Shown one piece after another: positions 19,846-30,815 of a stretch of 64,000 nt of DNA. Location: the NCBI GenBank assembly GCA_040222015.1, contig JAVJWO010000041.1, positions 1 to 64,000 of the forward strand, written 5' to 3'. Within the stretch, counting starts at the first letter, position 1. The number at the start of each line of letters is the position of its first letter. The stretch is from Coleofasciculus chthonoplastes F2-STO-03. GTDB lineage: Bacteria; Cyanobacteriota; Cyanobacteriia; Cyanobacteriales; Coleofasciculaceae. Both the position numbers and the translations under genes were made by a program. The notes below the pieces were generated by a model. The model saw nothing but the letters and a program-made list of their open reading frames with translations. It searched no databases and was not told the DNA's origin.

Positions 19846-21804
19846 TTAAAATCGTTGACCCAAACCAAACTGGACTCGGCTATCTCCTTGGTCATTAAAT
19901 CCTAAATCGGCGCGAATGATACCCACAGGGGAATTGACGCGCAATCCCGCACCGTAACCGAACCCACTTCCCGGTTTACCCCGCACCACACCCGGTTCTC
20001 CTGGTACGGTTTCACTCGAACCCAAATCCGATGCAAAGTCAGCAAAAACAACCGCGCCTACTGGATTGAAGATGGGAATCCGATACTCCGCCGACGCTAA
20101 CACATAACTGCGCCCTGTTCCGACATCCCCTGTACCGTAGCCTCGCACCGAATTTTGACCGCCGAGGTTAAAGGCGTTGTAGGGGGGTAAATCACCAATC
20201 GTGGTTCCTCCCTGAACGTTAAATGCCAAGACTTCTTGACTATTGCCATTAAAGACATCAACGGGAACGTACTGAGAGTAGTTTGCCTCCAGCCGATTCA
20301 TCAAAATACTACCATTACCAATGGGTACAGACTGTTCCGTACTCAGACGCATCACAGAACCTTGGGTGGGATTGACAGGATTGTCTCGTTTATCCCGCGT
20401 CACTCCGGCGGAGACGGTAACTAAATCATCAATTCCGTTATCACTGAAGGAGAGACGATTCCCGAATTCATCAACCGCATTCACTTCGCCGTCACTATCG
20501 CGGATACTGGTGCGGGTATAGTTGACGCCTACCGACGCATCCCATTCCTGATTCACGGGTTTGGATAAGCTGACACCACCGCCAAACTGTCCTTCACGGG
20601 GATCATCCCCATTCGCGAGATCAACATCACCATCGAATGTTTGGGATACACTACGACGCCGAAACGTATTCACGTTATATCCCGGTTGTTCTGGATTACT
20701 GGCACGATACGGTCTACCATAGTTGCCATCAAACTGGAAGTCGCGACGGCTAAACTGTATATTCAATCCCAGTTTCTGGTTCACACCACCAAGATTAAAG
20801 TCGTTATAGCTAAGAGTGCCAAAAACACCGCTATCATTGCTATATCCTGCGCCAGCATTTACCCCACGAGCTGATTTTTCAATCAGGTTATAAATAACAT
20901 CGACATTTCTCGCATCACCATTGAGGGAAATGTCCACCGTCTCAAATAATCCCAATTGGTAAAGCTGTTGCAAGTCTTGGCGGACAACCTCTACATTAAA
21001 GACTTGACCGGGTTGTAGGTTCAATTCGCGATCAATGAAATCCTCGCGAGTTCGTCCGTCTGTGGGTTCGCCTTCTTCATCGAGGAAGCGGAAATTAACA
21101 TCACTGACGACGCCTTCGGCTACTTCAACTGTAATTACCCCATCGGGTGTCGATCGCACGTCTAAAACCTGTGCCAAGATATACCCATTGTCTTCATACC
21201 ATTGTTCTAACTGTTGTAAGCCTTGACGTAGGGTAGCTGGACTAACGGGTTGACCCAATTGAGAATTGAAAATAGAATCAGCTATGTCTGGGGTAAGAAT
21301 CTGGTTACCGGAAAGTTCTAGCGATCGCGCGATAACGGGTTCAACCTGATAAACTACCTCCCAGCCAGTGGAGTTAGCGGTTGGCGTGACACTGGCGTTG
21401 GCAAATAACCCTGTATCTAAAATCCCTTGAATATCCTGATCCAATTGACTTTGACTCGTTTGACCCCCTGGACGAGTTCTAATCGTTTTTAAGACAAGCT
21501 GCTGCAATTCTTCCGACACACCAACGACTTGCACGTCTGTAGCGAGAACAACTAAATCGTTATACCGTTGAGATTGATTTAGGGTGGGAACAGATTGGGC
21601 AAATTCTGGGGTTGGCGTCGCTTCTGGAGAGGCGACAGTTCTAGGGGATGGCGTGGCTGAGGTGGCTTCTGTGGGGACAACATAGTTTCTGGTTTCCGAT
21701 GGTGGGTTAGTTGTCGGGGAATCTGGAGTCGCGATCGCTGGCTGAGTTAACTCGCTACCCACCAGCACAGCCAAAGTGGAAAAAGCAACATATCTATATA
21801 GCAT
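19846..21804 (-). CDS. bamA: Omp85/BamA-TamA family outer-membrane protein
   Basis: Signal peptide from ATG 21804, POTRA domains, LGGQNSVRGY motif, C-terminal FGLGQRF. Confidence 0.9.
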   Translation of the reverse strand: MLYRYVAFSTLAVLVGSELTQPAIATPDSPTTNPPSETRNYVVPTEATSATPSPRTVASPEATPTPEFAQSVPTLNQSQRYNDLVVLATDVQVVGVSEELQQLVLKTIRTRPGGQTSQSQLDQDIQGILDTGLFANASVTPTANSTGWEVVYQVEPVIARSLELSGNQILTPDIADSIFNSQLGQPVSPATLRQGLQQLEQWYEDNGYILAQVLDVRSTPDGVITVEVAEGVVSDVNFRFLDEEGEPTDGRTREDFIDRELNLQPGQVFNVEVVRQDLQQLYQLGLFETVDISLNGDARNVDVIYNLIEKSARGVNAGAGYSNDSGVFGTLSYNDFNLGGVNQKLGLNIQFSRRDFQFDGNYGRPYRASNPEQPGYNVNTFRRRSVSQTFDGDVDLANGDDPREGQFGGGVSLSKPVNQEWDASVGVNYTRTSIRDSDGEVNAVDEFGNRLSFSDNGIDDLVTVSAGVTRDKRDNPVNPTQGSVMRLSTEQSVPIGNGSILMNRLEANYSQYVPVDVFNGNSQEVLAFNVQGGTTIGDLPPYNAFNLGGQNSVRGYGTGDVGTGRSYVLASAEYRIPIFNPVGAVVFADFASDLGSSETVPGEPGVVRGKPGSGFGYGAGLRVNSPVGIIRADLGFNDQGDSRVQFGLGQRF

Positions 21805-22091
21805 AAAATTAGCCTCAATCGTCCGTTCGTTAGTGAAAATTGTCTTACGTTTGGTTAACCTGACCGAGGCTAAACCTGTGGAGTTCCAACCGATGTGCCA
21901 CCTTTCTATCTGACACAATCTGTGTAGGGGCGGGTTTCACTATTATCGTTTTTTACCTCACCCAGATATGAATAAACCCGCCCCGACTAAGTTGAGAGAG
22001 GTTGATCAAACATGAAAATCTAACCTCTAAAATTATCTGACCTAAAAGCGATGTATCATATCAAATTCAGGTCAAACGTTATCGCAAAAGT

Positions 22092-23885
22092 ATGCAACAG
22101 GTTGATTGGTTGATAGTTCTGCTCTACCTGATTGGCTCAATGGGCTTAGGGCTGTATCTATCTCGCAAAGCCTCAGGGAGTTTGGTGGATTTTTTCGTCT
22201 CCGGGCGATCGCTTCCTTGGTGGTTAGCGGGTACAAGTATGGCAGCGACGACGTTTTCTATTGATACACCCCTTTATATTGCTGGGGTTGTGGGTAATCG
22301 AGGCATTGCCGGAAACTGGGAATGGTGGAGTTTTGGCATCGCCCATTTGGTGATGATTTATATCTTTGCCCGATTGTGGCGACGTTCGGAAATTGTCACC
22401 GACGCGGAATTGACTGAACTGCGTTATGGCGGAAGAACAGCCGCAATTTTACGGGGAACCAAAGCATTTTTATTTGCCGTACCGATTAATTGTATTGCTA
22501 TTGGCTACGCTATGCTTGCCATGATTAAAGTGGTGGATGCCTTGGAACTTTGGCAGAGTTTGGGGATTGAACCGGGGGAAAATCTGAAAATTTTGAGTGT
22601 GGTTGGTGTTAGCATTTTGGTTTTAATTTACTCAGGTTTTGCGGGGCTTTGGGGTGTGGTAACAACCGATTTTTTCCAGTTCTTTTTAGCACTATTTGGG
22701 GCAATTGTTGTCGCGATCGCAGCGGTGAGTCATGTCGGTGGAATTCATGTCCTTGTGCCAGAAGTACAGCGGATCACTGAACAAGATATTTTATCCTTTT
22801 TCCCCATAACTGATAATTTCCGCTGGAGTGAAACGGCGGGAATTACCGCGAGTACCTTTTTTGCCTATATCTTTCTCCAGTGGTGGACATTTCGTCGGAG
22901 TGATGGCGGCGGGGAATTCGTGCAGCGTCTAGCGGCGTCTAAGGATGAAGCGGAGGCAGAAAAAGCGGCGTGGTTATTTAATATTCTCCATTATATAATC
23001 AGAACTTGGCCCTGGATACTCGTGGCGCTGGTGGCGATTGTCGTCTATCCCGATTTATCCGACCGAGAATTGGGTTATCCGAAACTGATGCTAGATTTCC
23101 TTCCCCCGGTGATGTTGGGGTTAGTGGTTACGTCTCTACTGGCTGCGTTTATGAGTACGGTATCTACATCGATTAACTGGGGCGCATCTTATTTAACCAA
23201 TGATCTGTATCAGCGCTTTATCAGACCGAATGCTCAACAGTCAGAGTTGGTATTAGCGGGGCGGATTGCTTCAGTGGTGGTGACGGCATTAGGGGCGATA
23301 GCGGCGTTCTTTTCTCAGGATGTGGCAACCGTATTTCGGTTAGTGATTGCCATTGGCACTGGTCCTGGCTTAGTCTTAATCCTACGCTGGTTTTGGTGGC
23401 GAATTAACGCCATAGCTGAACTGACGGCAATGGTGGGTGGGTTTATTGTTGGGTTAACCACCAGTATCGTCCCGATTATTCAGATTGAGGAGTTTGGTTT
23501 GCGTCTATTGGTGACGACAGTTATTACCAGTGTGTTATGGATTACAGCCATGTTAGTGACGCCGCCAGAATCGGAGGCAACTCTAGATGAATTTTATCGT
23601 CGGGTGCTTCCAGCCGGTCCCGGTTGGCAACGTCAACAGGAAAGTACGGGTTTATTACCGATTCAAAGCCTGGGACAGGATATTAAACAGGTATTTGCCG
23701 CCATTTTATTGTTGTTTGGTACGATGTTTGCGATCGGAGGATTTCTGCTGCTACAACCCCTGACGGGTTGGGTATCCCTGATCATCGCTGTGGGTGGGGC
23801 AATGTTGCTGCGTCAGCTTAATCGGAAAAAAGCTGACCGGATACCTAGACCGGGATTAGAGGATCAAGACGATAATTCCAAGTAG
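22092..23885 (+). CDS. Sodium:solute symporter (SSF) family transporter
   Basis: DFFVSGRSLPWWLAGTSMAATTF, GLWGVVTTDFFQF, LLAAFMSTVS; many TM helices. Confidence 0.92.
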   Translation: MQQVDWLIVLLYLIGSMGLGLYLSRKASGSLVDFFVSGRSLPWWLAGTSMAATTFSIDTPLYIAGVVGNRGIAGNWEWWSFGIAHLVMIYIFARLWRRSEIVTDAELTELRYGGRTAAILRGTKAFLFAVPINCIAIGYAMLAMIKVVDALELWQSLGIEPGENLKILSVVGVSILVLIYSGFAGLWGVVTTDFFQFFLALFGAIVVAIAAVSHVGGIHVLVPEVQRITEQDILSFFPITDNFRWSETAGITASTFFAYIFLQWWTFRRSDGGGEFVQRLAASKDEAEAEKAAWLFNILHYIIRTWPWILVALVAIVVYPDLSDRELGYPKLMLDFLPPVMLGLVVTSLLAAFMSTVSTSINWGASYLTNDLYQRFIRPNAQQSELVLAGRIASVVVTALGAIAAFFSQDVATVFRLVIAIGTGPGLVLILRWFWWRINAIAELTAMVGGFIVGLTTSIVPIIQIEEFGLRLLVTTVITSVLWITAMLVTPPESEATLDEFYRRVLPAGPGWQRQQESTGLLPIQSLGQDIKQVFAAILLLFGTMFAIGGFLLLQPLTGWVSLIIAVGGAMLLRQLNRKKADRIPRPGLEDQDDNSK

Positions 23886-23936
23886 TTATAAGATAGATAA
23901 CAATGGCGTTACAAATCTTTATCCAATTGGATACCT

Positions 23937-24101
23937 ATGTCTATTTTCCGTCAGTATATTGCCCCTTTTCTGATCGTCTTAGTTTTTGTCGTCGCGTTAC
24001 TCGCCGTTAGCGCTCGTATCTTTTTGCCCAATGATATGGCAGCACCTGCACCTATTGAAGATGCCAATTCAGTAAGTATGAGGGAATTGGGGATGTTTTG
24101 A
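23937..24101 (+). CDS. 54-aa single-pass membrane protein (below the ORF-track cutoff)
   Basis: MSIFRQYIAPFLIVLVFVVALLAVSARIFLPNDMAAPAPIEDANSVSMRELGMF; resembles a conserved cyanobacterial small protein. Confidence 0.75.
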   Translation: MSIFRQYIAPFLIVLVFVVALLAVSARIFLPNDMAAPAPIEDANSVSMRELGMF

Positions 24102-24315
24102 GTATTGAGTGTGTAGGGGCGGGTTTAGGGACTTCGCGCAAGCTGTTCATGATAACTGTTGTTCAAAACCCGCCCATGGCTTACGCATGGACGAGGTTTC
24201 TTACGCTTCTTATGACCCAGTTGCGCCATAGTACCCGTGCGAAACGTTATTGGTAAAACCCGCTCCTACAACCACGCACCCCCGCTCCCTTATTGCCTCA
24301 ACTCCTCTTGATCAG

Positions 24316-24807
24316 ATGCGTAAATTTTTAATACCGGGCTATCAGCTACGAGTTGGCTCTCGACTGGAAAAGGCAACCTTGTTGAAGTTTCTCCAACTGA
24401 GTTACCAAGAGCTTTTCCCGCAACAACAAGATTTTTCTCATTTAGAAGAGACAATACGGCGGTATTTTTGTCAAGACACACCGTTATGGTGGGTAGACTT
24501 AGCCAATCATGAAGGTGACGCCGCCCCATCAAATCAACCTGTCGCTGGTTTATGGCTGGGAAATGCCATTGATCAGGTGAGTGGCGATCGCCATGCCCAT
24601 GTTTTTTTACTCTACGTGATACCAGAGCATCGGCGTCAGGGTATTGGTTCGGCACTGATGTATCATGCTGAAAACTGGGCTAGAGTTCGGGGCGATCGCC
24701 AAATTGGGTTGCAAGTGTTTGAGTCAAATCCATCGGCTGTGCGCCTTTACGATAAGTTAGGGTTCCAAACCCAGTCCCTTTGGATGGTGAAACCGCTGTC
24801 TGGATAA
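24316..24807 (+). CDS. GNAT family N-acetyltransferase
   Basis: LYVIPEHRRQGIGSALM and N..AVRLYDKLGF motifs; ATG 24316 preferred. Confidence 0.9.
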   Translation: MRKFLIPGYQLRVGSRLEKATLLKFLQLSYQELFPQQQDFSHLEETIRRYFCQDTPLWWVDLANHEGDAAPSNQPVAGLWLGNAIDQVSGDRHAHVFLLYVIPEHRRQGIGSALMYHAENWARVRGDRQIGLQVFESNPSAVRLYDKLGFQTQSLWMVKPLSG

Positions 24808-24951
24808 GAGTTCTGAGTGTTGACGCTTCACTTTTTCCCAGGGCATACTTTTGAGTGCGAGAATGTTCAGATGGATAAGTTGACCAAGGAAAAATAACAA
24901 ATAACAAAGGACATAGGACAAATAACCGCTGAATAAGATATTTTTTTAAGT

Positions 24952-25710
24952 ATGTATGATAATAACGAGCTAAGATTAATCGAGGCGGCAGGTGAGCTAG
25001 ACAGCCCTCTGGATGAAATCGAGCCAATTGATGATCACTCAGAAGAGAATCAACCCGATCCAGAAGAGATGCTGGCTCTGCTAACCGCCCCAGAAACGCC
25101 CCAACGGATGCTGGCGGCGCGGGCTTTTTGTGAACTTCAAGATGAACGGGCTATTCCTCATCTGATTCATCTGTTAAACGATGTCTGTCCGTTGGTACGG
25201 GTGAGTGCGGCTTATGCCTTGGGGCGCAATCCTGCTCCAACAGCCGTAGATCCTTTAATAGAGCAACTAAACCGGGATTGGAATGGGTACGTGCGTAAAG
25301 GGGTTGTTTGGGCATTAGGCAATTGTCGCGATCGCAAAGCATTGCCCAGTTTGATTGATTCCTTATGTACAGATATCTCTGCTGTGCGTTTGTGGGCAGC
25401 AAGTTCCCTGGCACAAATGGCAAAGCTAGACTATGAGGATATCGTCGCCTGTGTTCCCCCATTAATCACCGCCTTAAAGCAAGATCCCATGGCAGCAGTA
25501 CGCAGTAACTGTGCCTGGTCATTAGGACAGCTTTGTCGAGAACTCCCCTCGAATGCTATCTATGCAGGTGCAGTTGACGGTTTAATTGAGGCTTTTGCCG
25601 AAGATGAAGATATGGGCGTGCAGGAAGATGCAAAAGCTGCCCTGTTGAGAGTGGGCGATCCCCGTGCCTTACAGATGATTGAGGAAATTGAGATAGACGG
25701 ATTGTTTTAG
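24952..25710 (+). CDS. HEAT-repeat / PBS-lyase-like protein (NblB-like)
   Basis: Repeated VRxxAAxALG units (LVRVSAAYALG, YVRKGVVWALG, AVRSNCAWSLG). Confidence 0.88.
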   Translation: MYDNNELRLIEAAGELDSPLDEIEPIDDHSEENQPDPEEMLALLTAPETPQRMLAARAFCELQDERAIPHLIHLLNDVCPLVRVSAAYALGRNPAPTAVDPLIEQLNRDWNGYVRKGVVWALGNCRDRKALPSLIDSLCTDISAVRLWAASSLAQMAKLDYEDIVACVPPLITALKQDPMAAVRSNCAWSLGQLCRELPSNAIYAGAVDGLIEAFAEDEDMGVQEDAKAALLRVGDPRALQMIEEIEIDGLF

Positions 25711-25889
25711 GGGATTTGTCATTGGTCATTTGTCATTCGTCATTTGTCATTTGTCATTTGTCATACTCGCTTCCCTTCAAAAGCAAGCTACGTCTTATGT
25801 CCTTTGTTTAAGGTGACTTGCACTCTAATCGGGGCGGGCGCGAGTGATATCAGGGTGACAACCTTCCCGTTAATGGTAAAACCCGCCTA

Positions 25890-25972
25890 CAGCTCCCAGA
25901 CGCGCCATGGCACGTCTCTACATTGCTCCCCCAGCTCCCAGACGCGCCATGGCACGTCTCTACATTGCTCCC
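25890..25972. repeat. 42-bp tandem duplication containing a REP-like palindrome
   Basis: CAGCTCCCAGACGCGCCATGGCACGTCTCTACATTGCTCCCC x2. Confidence 0.8.
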
Positions 25973-26151
25973 CCATCTTCCCCATCTCCCTCAGATCTCT
26001 ATTCCCTATTGCCTATCAACAGCTTCTCTCTACAGACTGATGAACCTCTTGTGTTCTCTTCCCAAAATAGAAAGGTGAATAACAACGCAACAATAATCCG
26101 AGTCCTGTATTCTGACAGGTTGATCGGTTTTGAAGTATAGGGAGAAAAAAT

Positions 26152-26730
26152 ATGGCTGTAGCACAATCACAATTAAGACATGCAATTGGCGTCTTTCCTA
26201 GTCGTCAACAGGCAGAAAATGCGCTCATGGAACTCAGAGATAGAGGATTTGATCTGGATCGAGTTTCCGTGATTGCTAAAGACGCCAGCCTCAATGAGAA
26301 AATTGGCGGTACGGATCTCCATAAAAGCGGTGGCAACCAAGCAGGAGAAGGCGCAAAAGCGGGTGCTGCTGCTGGCGGTACTGTAGGCGGTTTCCTAGGT
26401 TTAATTGGTGGTCTAGGCGTATTAGCAATTCCTGGAGTCGGTGTAGCTACAGAATTAGGAGTTGTTTTAGCGAATACCCTCTTAGGAGGCGTTATTGGTG
26501 GCGCTGGTGGTGGTTTAGTTGGTGCCTTGATTGGTTGGGGAATCCCCGAAGATGCTGCTAAATATTATGACGAACGAGTTTCCGTCGGCGATTATGTGGT
26601 GATTGTAGAGGGTACAGAAACCGAGATCCTAAATATGCAACCCATTTTCCAAAATCGAGGAATTCAGGATTGGGCTATCTATAATACACCTGGCGTCAAT
26701 ACCAATCCTCAAATGGGCAGCAGGGTGTAG
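26152..26730 (+). CDS. General stress protein (YflT/17M-like, glycine-zipper membrane protein)
   Basis: AIGVFPSRQQAENAL.EL, GAKAGAAAGG...LAIPGVG...GLVGALIGWGIPE..A.YY. Confidence 0.85.
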   Translation: MAVAQSQLRHAIGVFPSRQQAENALMELRDRGFDLDRVSVIAKDASLNEKIGGTDLHKSGGNQAGEGAKAGAAAGGTVGGFLGLIGGLGVLAIPGVGVATELGVVLANTLLGGVIGGAGGGLVGALIGWGIPEDAAKYYDERVSVGDYVVIVEGTETEILNMQPIFQNRGIQDWAIYNTPGVNTNPQMGSRV

Positions 26731-26768
26731 GTAGAAGGATGGGCAATGTTCATCCGATAAGATTTAAG

Positions 26769-26802
26769 AAACGGTGGGGATAAGTCCTCACCGTTTGTTT
26801 TA
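26769..26802 (+). terminator. Rho-independent terminator
   Basis: AAACGGTGGGGA-TAAG-TCCTCACCGTTT followed by GTTTT. Confidence 0.65.
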
Positions 26803-27016
26803 ATGTAGGGGCGACCAGCCGCATCCAATTAACACCACCTAACCCTTAATTTGCTCGGGTCGCCCCCCGCCCAGTATCGGGAATTATCTAACACCGTGTA
26901 CATTGGCATAATTATAGGCAACCCATTCACCAAACCCTTATTATGGAAGCATTTCAGTTAAGTGTGTTTCTTCTATCTATAACGGATGTGTAAAGCGGAA
27001 CTTGTCTAACGATTTT

Positions 27017-28522
27017 ATGTCTCCACAGACGAATGAAGACTATCTTGCCTTACTCAGGCAAGGGGTGGAGGTATGGAATGCGTGGAAAGCGCACCACCCG
27101 GATATCCGACCCAATCTCTGCTTTGCTACAGGTAAGGGCATTGCCATCCAAGGGGCAAAACTCAGTGGCGTTGATTTGAGTCGGGCAAATCTAAGTCAGG
27201 CAGATTTGAGTAAAGCGGATCTGATTGGTGCAAACCTGAGTGAAGCATATTTGAGTGAGGCATATTTGAGTGAGGCGGATTTGATTGGTGCAAACCTCAC
27301 GGCAGCCGATCTGAGAAATGCTGACTTAATTAGTGCCAATCTCATTGGTGCGAACCTGAATAACATCTATCTTAGTGGTGCTGATTTGACGAAAGCCAAC
27401 CTCAGTGGTGCTGATTTAGTGGGGGCAAAACTGATTGGCGCTAAACTGAGTGGCACCAATCTGAGTGGGGCGAATCTCAGTGGGGCGAATCTCAGTGGTG
27501 CCCACCTTGTCGGTGCAAACCTGAGGGGGACGAATCTCAAGGGTGCTAATTGTAGTCAAGCCAATCTGCGGGGCGTCAACTTACAACGCTGCAAAGCCTT
27601 CAACACCGATTTTCACCAAGCCATATTTACCGCCACCTGTCTGGAAGACTGGCACATCAATAGCGGGACAAATTTAGCCAAGGTGATTTGTGAGTATGTT
27701 TACTTACAAACCGATCAACACGAACGCCGTCCCCATCAGGGAACATTTGCCCCGGGAGAATTCACCAGGGTTTTTCAAGTTCCCTTAGAGACGGTTAATT
27801 TAATTTTCCGCAATGGTATTGATTGGCAAGCCTTCTTTGCCGCTTTCCAAGCCTGTCAAGCCCAGGATGGGAGTAACATCCTTACGATTCAATCCTTAGA
27901 AAATCGCCCTGATGGGGTATTAACTATCCGGATTGCTATTCCTATCGATGCCAATCGGTTGGAGGTTGAGCATTTCCTTAATCGCGAGTACGATGCCCAA
28001 CTTGAGGTGATTGATCAAGACTATCGTTATCAGTTACAGGTGAAATATGAGCAAGTGGCTACCTATCGTCAGCAGAGTGCCAATTTAACTGAGATTCTGC
28101 AACGGTTGGCTGAGAAAACTGTGAATCCCGGTCAAACGATTAATGTAGAGGCAAGACGGTTAGTTGAACCCCTCACGCCTTACCCGTCTAATCAGGGTGA
28201 GTCTGTGGAAAATTGCCCCTCTGGAAATTCTGCGATCGCACCCGCTTATACTTTAGAACAAAAGCAACGACTGACCGATACCGCGACCAAAATTCAAAAG
28301 TTACTCCAACAGCTCGATCAAACCTATCCCACGAATACGCCTCTGGAAAAACAACGAGTGGTTATCGAGGTGCTAGAGAGGATTGAGCAGAATCCGATAT
28401 TGAAAGCTTCAGTCGTTGAAGGCTTAAAAGGTGTGCAGACTGAGGTATTAAAAGAATTGATTGATCATCCTTTAGTCAATGTACTGCTGGCAGCGTTAGA
28501 AGAGTATCAGAAAATACAGTAA
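27017..28522 (+). CDS. Pentapeptide repeat protein with helical C-terminal domains
   Basis: LLRQGVEVWNAW, long A(N/D)LxG array, CLEDWHIN...CEYVYL, tail LKELIDHPLVNVLLAALE. Confidence 0.9.
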   Translation: MSPQTNEDYLALLRQGVEVWNAWKAHHPDIRPNLCFATGKGIAIQGAKLSGVDLSRANLSQADLSKADLIGANLSEAYLSEAYLSEADLIGANLTAADLRNADLISANLIGANLNNIYLSGADLTKANLSGADLVGAKLIGAKLSGTNLSGANLSGANLSGAHLVGANLRGTNLKGANCSQANLRGVNLQRCKAFNTDFHQAIFTATCLEDWHINSGTNLAKVICEYVYLQTDQHERRPHQGTFAPGEFTRVFQVPLETVNLIFRNGIDWQAFFAAFQACQAQDGSNILTIQSLENRPDGVLTIRIAIPIDANRLEVEHFLNREYDAQLEVIDQDYRYQLQVKYEQVATYRQQSANLTEILQRLAEKTVNPGQTINVEARRLVEPLTPYPSNQGESVENCPSGNSAIAPAYTLEQKQRLTDTATKIQKLLQQLDQTYPTNTPLEKQRVVIEVLERIEQNPILKASVVEGLKGVQTEVLKELIDHPLVNVLLAALEEYQKIQ

Positions 28523-28611
28523 GTAGTCATGCTCCGCAAACAGTGGCTCATATCGACTTTTACAGGGACTGGCATTTATGATCAATGCAGGATCACAAGC
28601 TGGTTTAAACA

Positions 28612-30402
28612 ATGCCGCGATCGCTCCAAGTTCACTCTCACTCCGTTTCCCGCGTTAAATCGTCCCTCTTGCGGAATGGCTTTCCCAGTCAGAAGCTTTT
28701 GGCTGAAGCCTTGAGTATCTCCCAATCCACCGTGAGCAACTTCCTCAACGGCAAACCCGTGGATTATATCAATTTCGTGGAACTTTGCGCTGCATTAGGA
28801 CAGGAATGGCGGGATATCGCTGATTTAGAGACTCTATCCCACGCTGCGGAGGTACGGGAAATTAGAGCTAAAGTGCTGATGAGTGGATACCCGCCTCATT
28901 TTAATCTGACAAAAACAATACAACAGGCAATTTGTCAAGCGGGTCATGACGTTTTTTTGGCACAGCAAAATACTGCCCTCGATAACTACTTAAAGCTATC
29001 CGATTACTTGCTGCTGCTATTATCCCAAACCACTGCCGTTAGCGAAATGGTACTAGAGCAAGTTCGGCTGGCTAAGGCATTACACCACATCACGCCCCAA
29101 AAACCCGCCATTTTGCCAATTTTAGTGGACGTTTGTCAGAATGGAAACGGCATCAGTACGCCCTTACCCTTCGATTTACTCGGCTATCTCCAAGGCACTC
29201 AACCCTGGCACTGGCGTTGCCATGATGATCCAACAATTCTCGCCTCAGAAATTCTCCAGGTTCTAAGCCTTGGGCGCACCACGTTACCGACGGATCATCA
29301 ATTGGCGATTTCTTGGAGTAAACTCACTCCCCAACAGCAAAATAGTACCTCTCTCTATCTGCCCCTCCCTGTCGCTGCACCGGAATTACCCGAAGGGCAA
29401 GTTGATCTTGACTCTACCTTTTACATTAATCGCCCGCCCATTGAATCGGTTTGTTATGAAACCATAACTCGACCGGGTTCTTTAATCCGAATTAAAGCCC
29501 CTCGACAAATGGGAAAAACCTCTTTGATGGCGCGAATTCTGCATCATGCTGAACAACAAGGATCTCAAACCGTAGCCTTAAGTTTACAACTGGCAAATCA
29601 GCGGATATTGGCGAATTCCCATACGTTCTTAGAATGGTTTTGTGCCAGTGTCAGTTTAGCCTTGGGGCGACTTGATCCCGATCAACTGGCAAAATATGCC
29701 CAGTTAGCGGCTATGATTGGCAGCAATCAAAGCTGTAAAGCCTATTTTGAGCAGTATTTACTTCCCCATATTTCCACCTCATTGACATTAGGATTAGATG
29801 AAGTTGATCGAGTCTTTGCCTCTCCAGAAATTGCCGATGACTTTTTCGGGTTATTACGAGCATTGCATGAGGAAGCGAAACGGCGCGAGATTTGGCAGAA
29901 ATTCCGGTTAGTGGTGGTACATTCTACGGAAGTATATGTTCCCTTGGATATGAATAAATCGCCCTTTAATGTAGGATTACCGATTGAATTGCCAGAGTTT
30001 AATCAGGAACAGGTGATGGAGTTAGCCAGACGCCATGGATTAGAATGGTCGATAGAAACGGTAGATTCTCTGGTTACCTTAGTCGGTGGACATCCTTATT
30101 TGGTGAGACTGGCACTTTATCATATTGCTCGTCAGAATATGACATTAGAGGACATCCAGAAAACCGCGCCCACGGAAGCCGGAATTTATAGCGATCACTT
30201 GCGCCGCCATTTGTGGAATTTGCAAACCTATCCGGAATTATTGGACGCGATTAAAGCTGTGGTAATGGCATCTCAGCCAGTACGTTTACCCTCGCAACAG
30301 GCGTTTAAATTAAACAGTATGGGACTGGTAAAACTATTTGGTAATGATTGCACGCCGAGGTGTAAATTGTATCAGCACTATTTTCGTGATCGCTTAGCTT
30401 AA
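28612..30402 (+). CDS. HTH + TIR-like + AAA_35 ATPase protein
   Basis: XRE-like SQKLLAEALSISQSTVSNFLNGKPV; TIR-like HDVFL...SDYLLLLLSQ..AVSEMV; Walker A APRQMGKTS, Walker B LGLDEVD, SPFNVG, GGHPYLVR. Confidence 0.85.
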   Translation: MPRSLQVHSHSVSRVKSSLLRNGFPSQKLLAEALSISQSTVSNFLNGKPVDYINFVELCAALGQEWRDIADLETLSHAAEVREIRAKVLMSGYPPHFNLTKTIQQAICQAGHDVFLAQQNTALDNYLKLSDYLLLLLSQTTAVSEMVLEQVRLAKALHHITPQKPAILPILVDVCQNGNGISTPLPFDLLGYLQGTQPWHWRCHDDPTILASEILQVLSLGRTTLPTDHQLAISWSKLTPQQQNSTSLYLPLPVAAPELPEGQVDLDSTFYINRPPIESVCYETITRPGSLIRIKAPRQMGKTSLMARILHHAEQQGSQTVALSLQLANQRILANSHTFLEWFCASVSLALGRLDPDQLAKYAQLAAMIGSNQSCKAYFEQYLLPHISTSLTLGLDEVDRVFASPEIADDFFGLLRALHEEAKRREIWQKFRLVVVHSTEVYVPLDMNKSPFNVGLPIELPEFNQEQVMELARRHGLEWSIETVDSLVTLVGGHPYLVRLALYHIARQNMTLEDIQKTAPTEAGIYSDHLRRHLWNLQTYPELLDAIKAVVMASQPVRLPSQQAFKLNSMGLVKLFGNDCTPRCKLYQHYFRDRLA

Positions 30403-30815
30403 ATGTGGGGAACAGGTGATTATAATCGCCAACCTGACTTTTTATGGCATATAAATGTTGACTCTTGGCAACGCTTTTCGGGTATGGCGCGTGAGTGTGT
30501 AGGGGCGGGTTTCACTACTATCTTTTCGATTGCACCCAAATGCGACTAAACCCGCCCCTTTCCCAGGGTTTGTCGGAGGGTTCATATCGAAGATTGGAGG
30601 GCGCACGTCGGAGGGCGCACTGACACGCCCCGTGCGCCCTTGCTTCAGTATTAAGTTATGTAAACAAGTCTTACACTCTTACAAAGGACGAATGACGAAT
30701 GACGATCACCACCGCCCGCCTTTAACTGTCCCTACCTACTTACCCAATAGGATAGTCTATACATTGGGTTAATCTGCGAGACTACCCTTTAAACCGTTGA
30801 CTTCTAATCATACTT

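Noticed and set aside
19442..19849. ORFs with (IIP)n, (DYR/DYW)n or (GLS/GLL)n repeats as RiPP precursors or structural peptides
   Set aside because: By-products of a stop-free 9-bp tandem repeat; no RBS, leader peptide or modifying enzymes nearby
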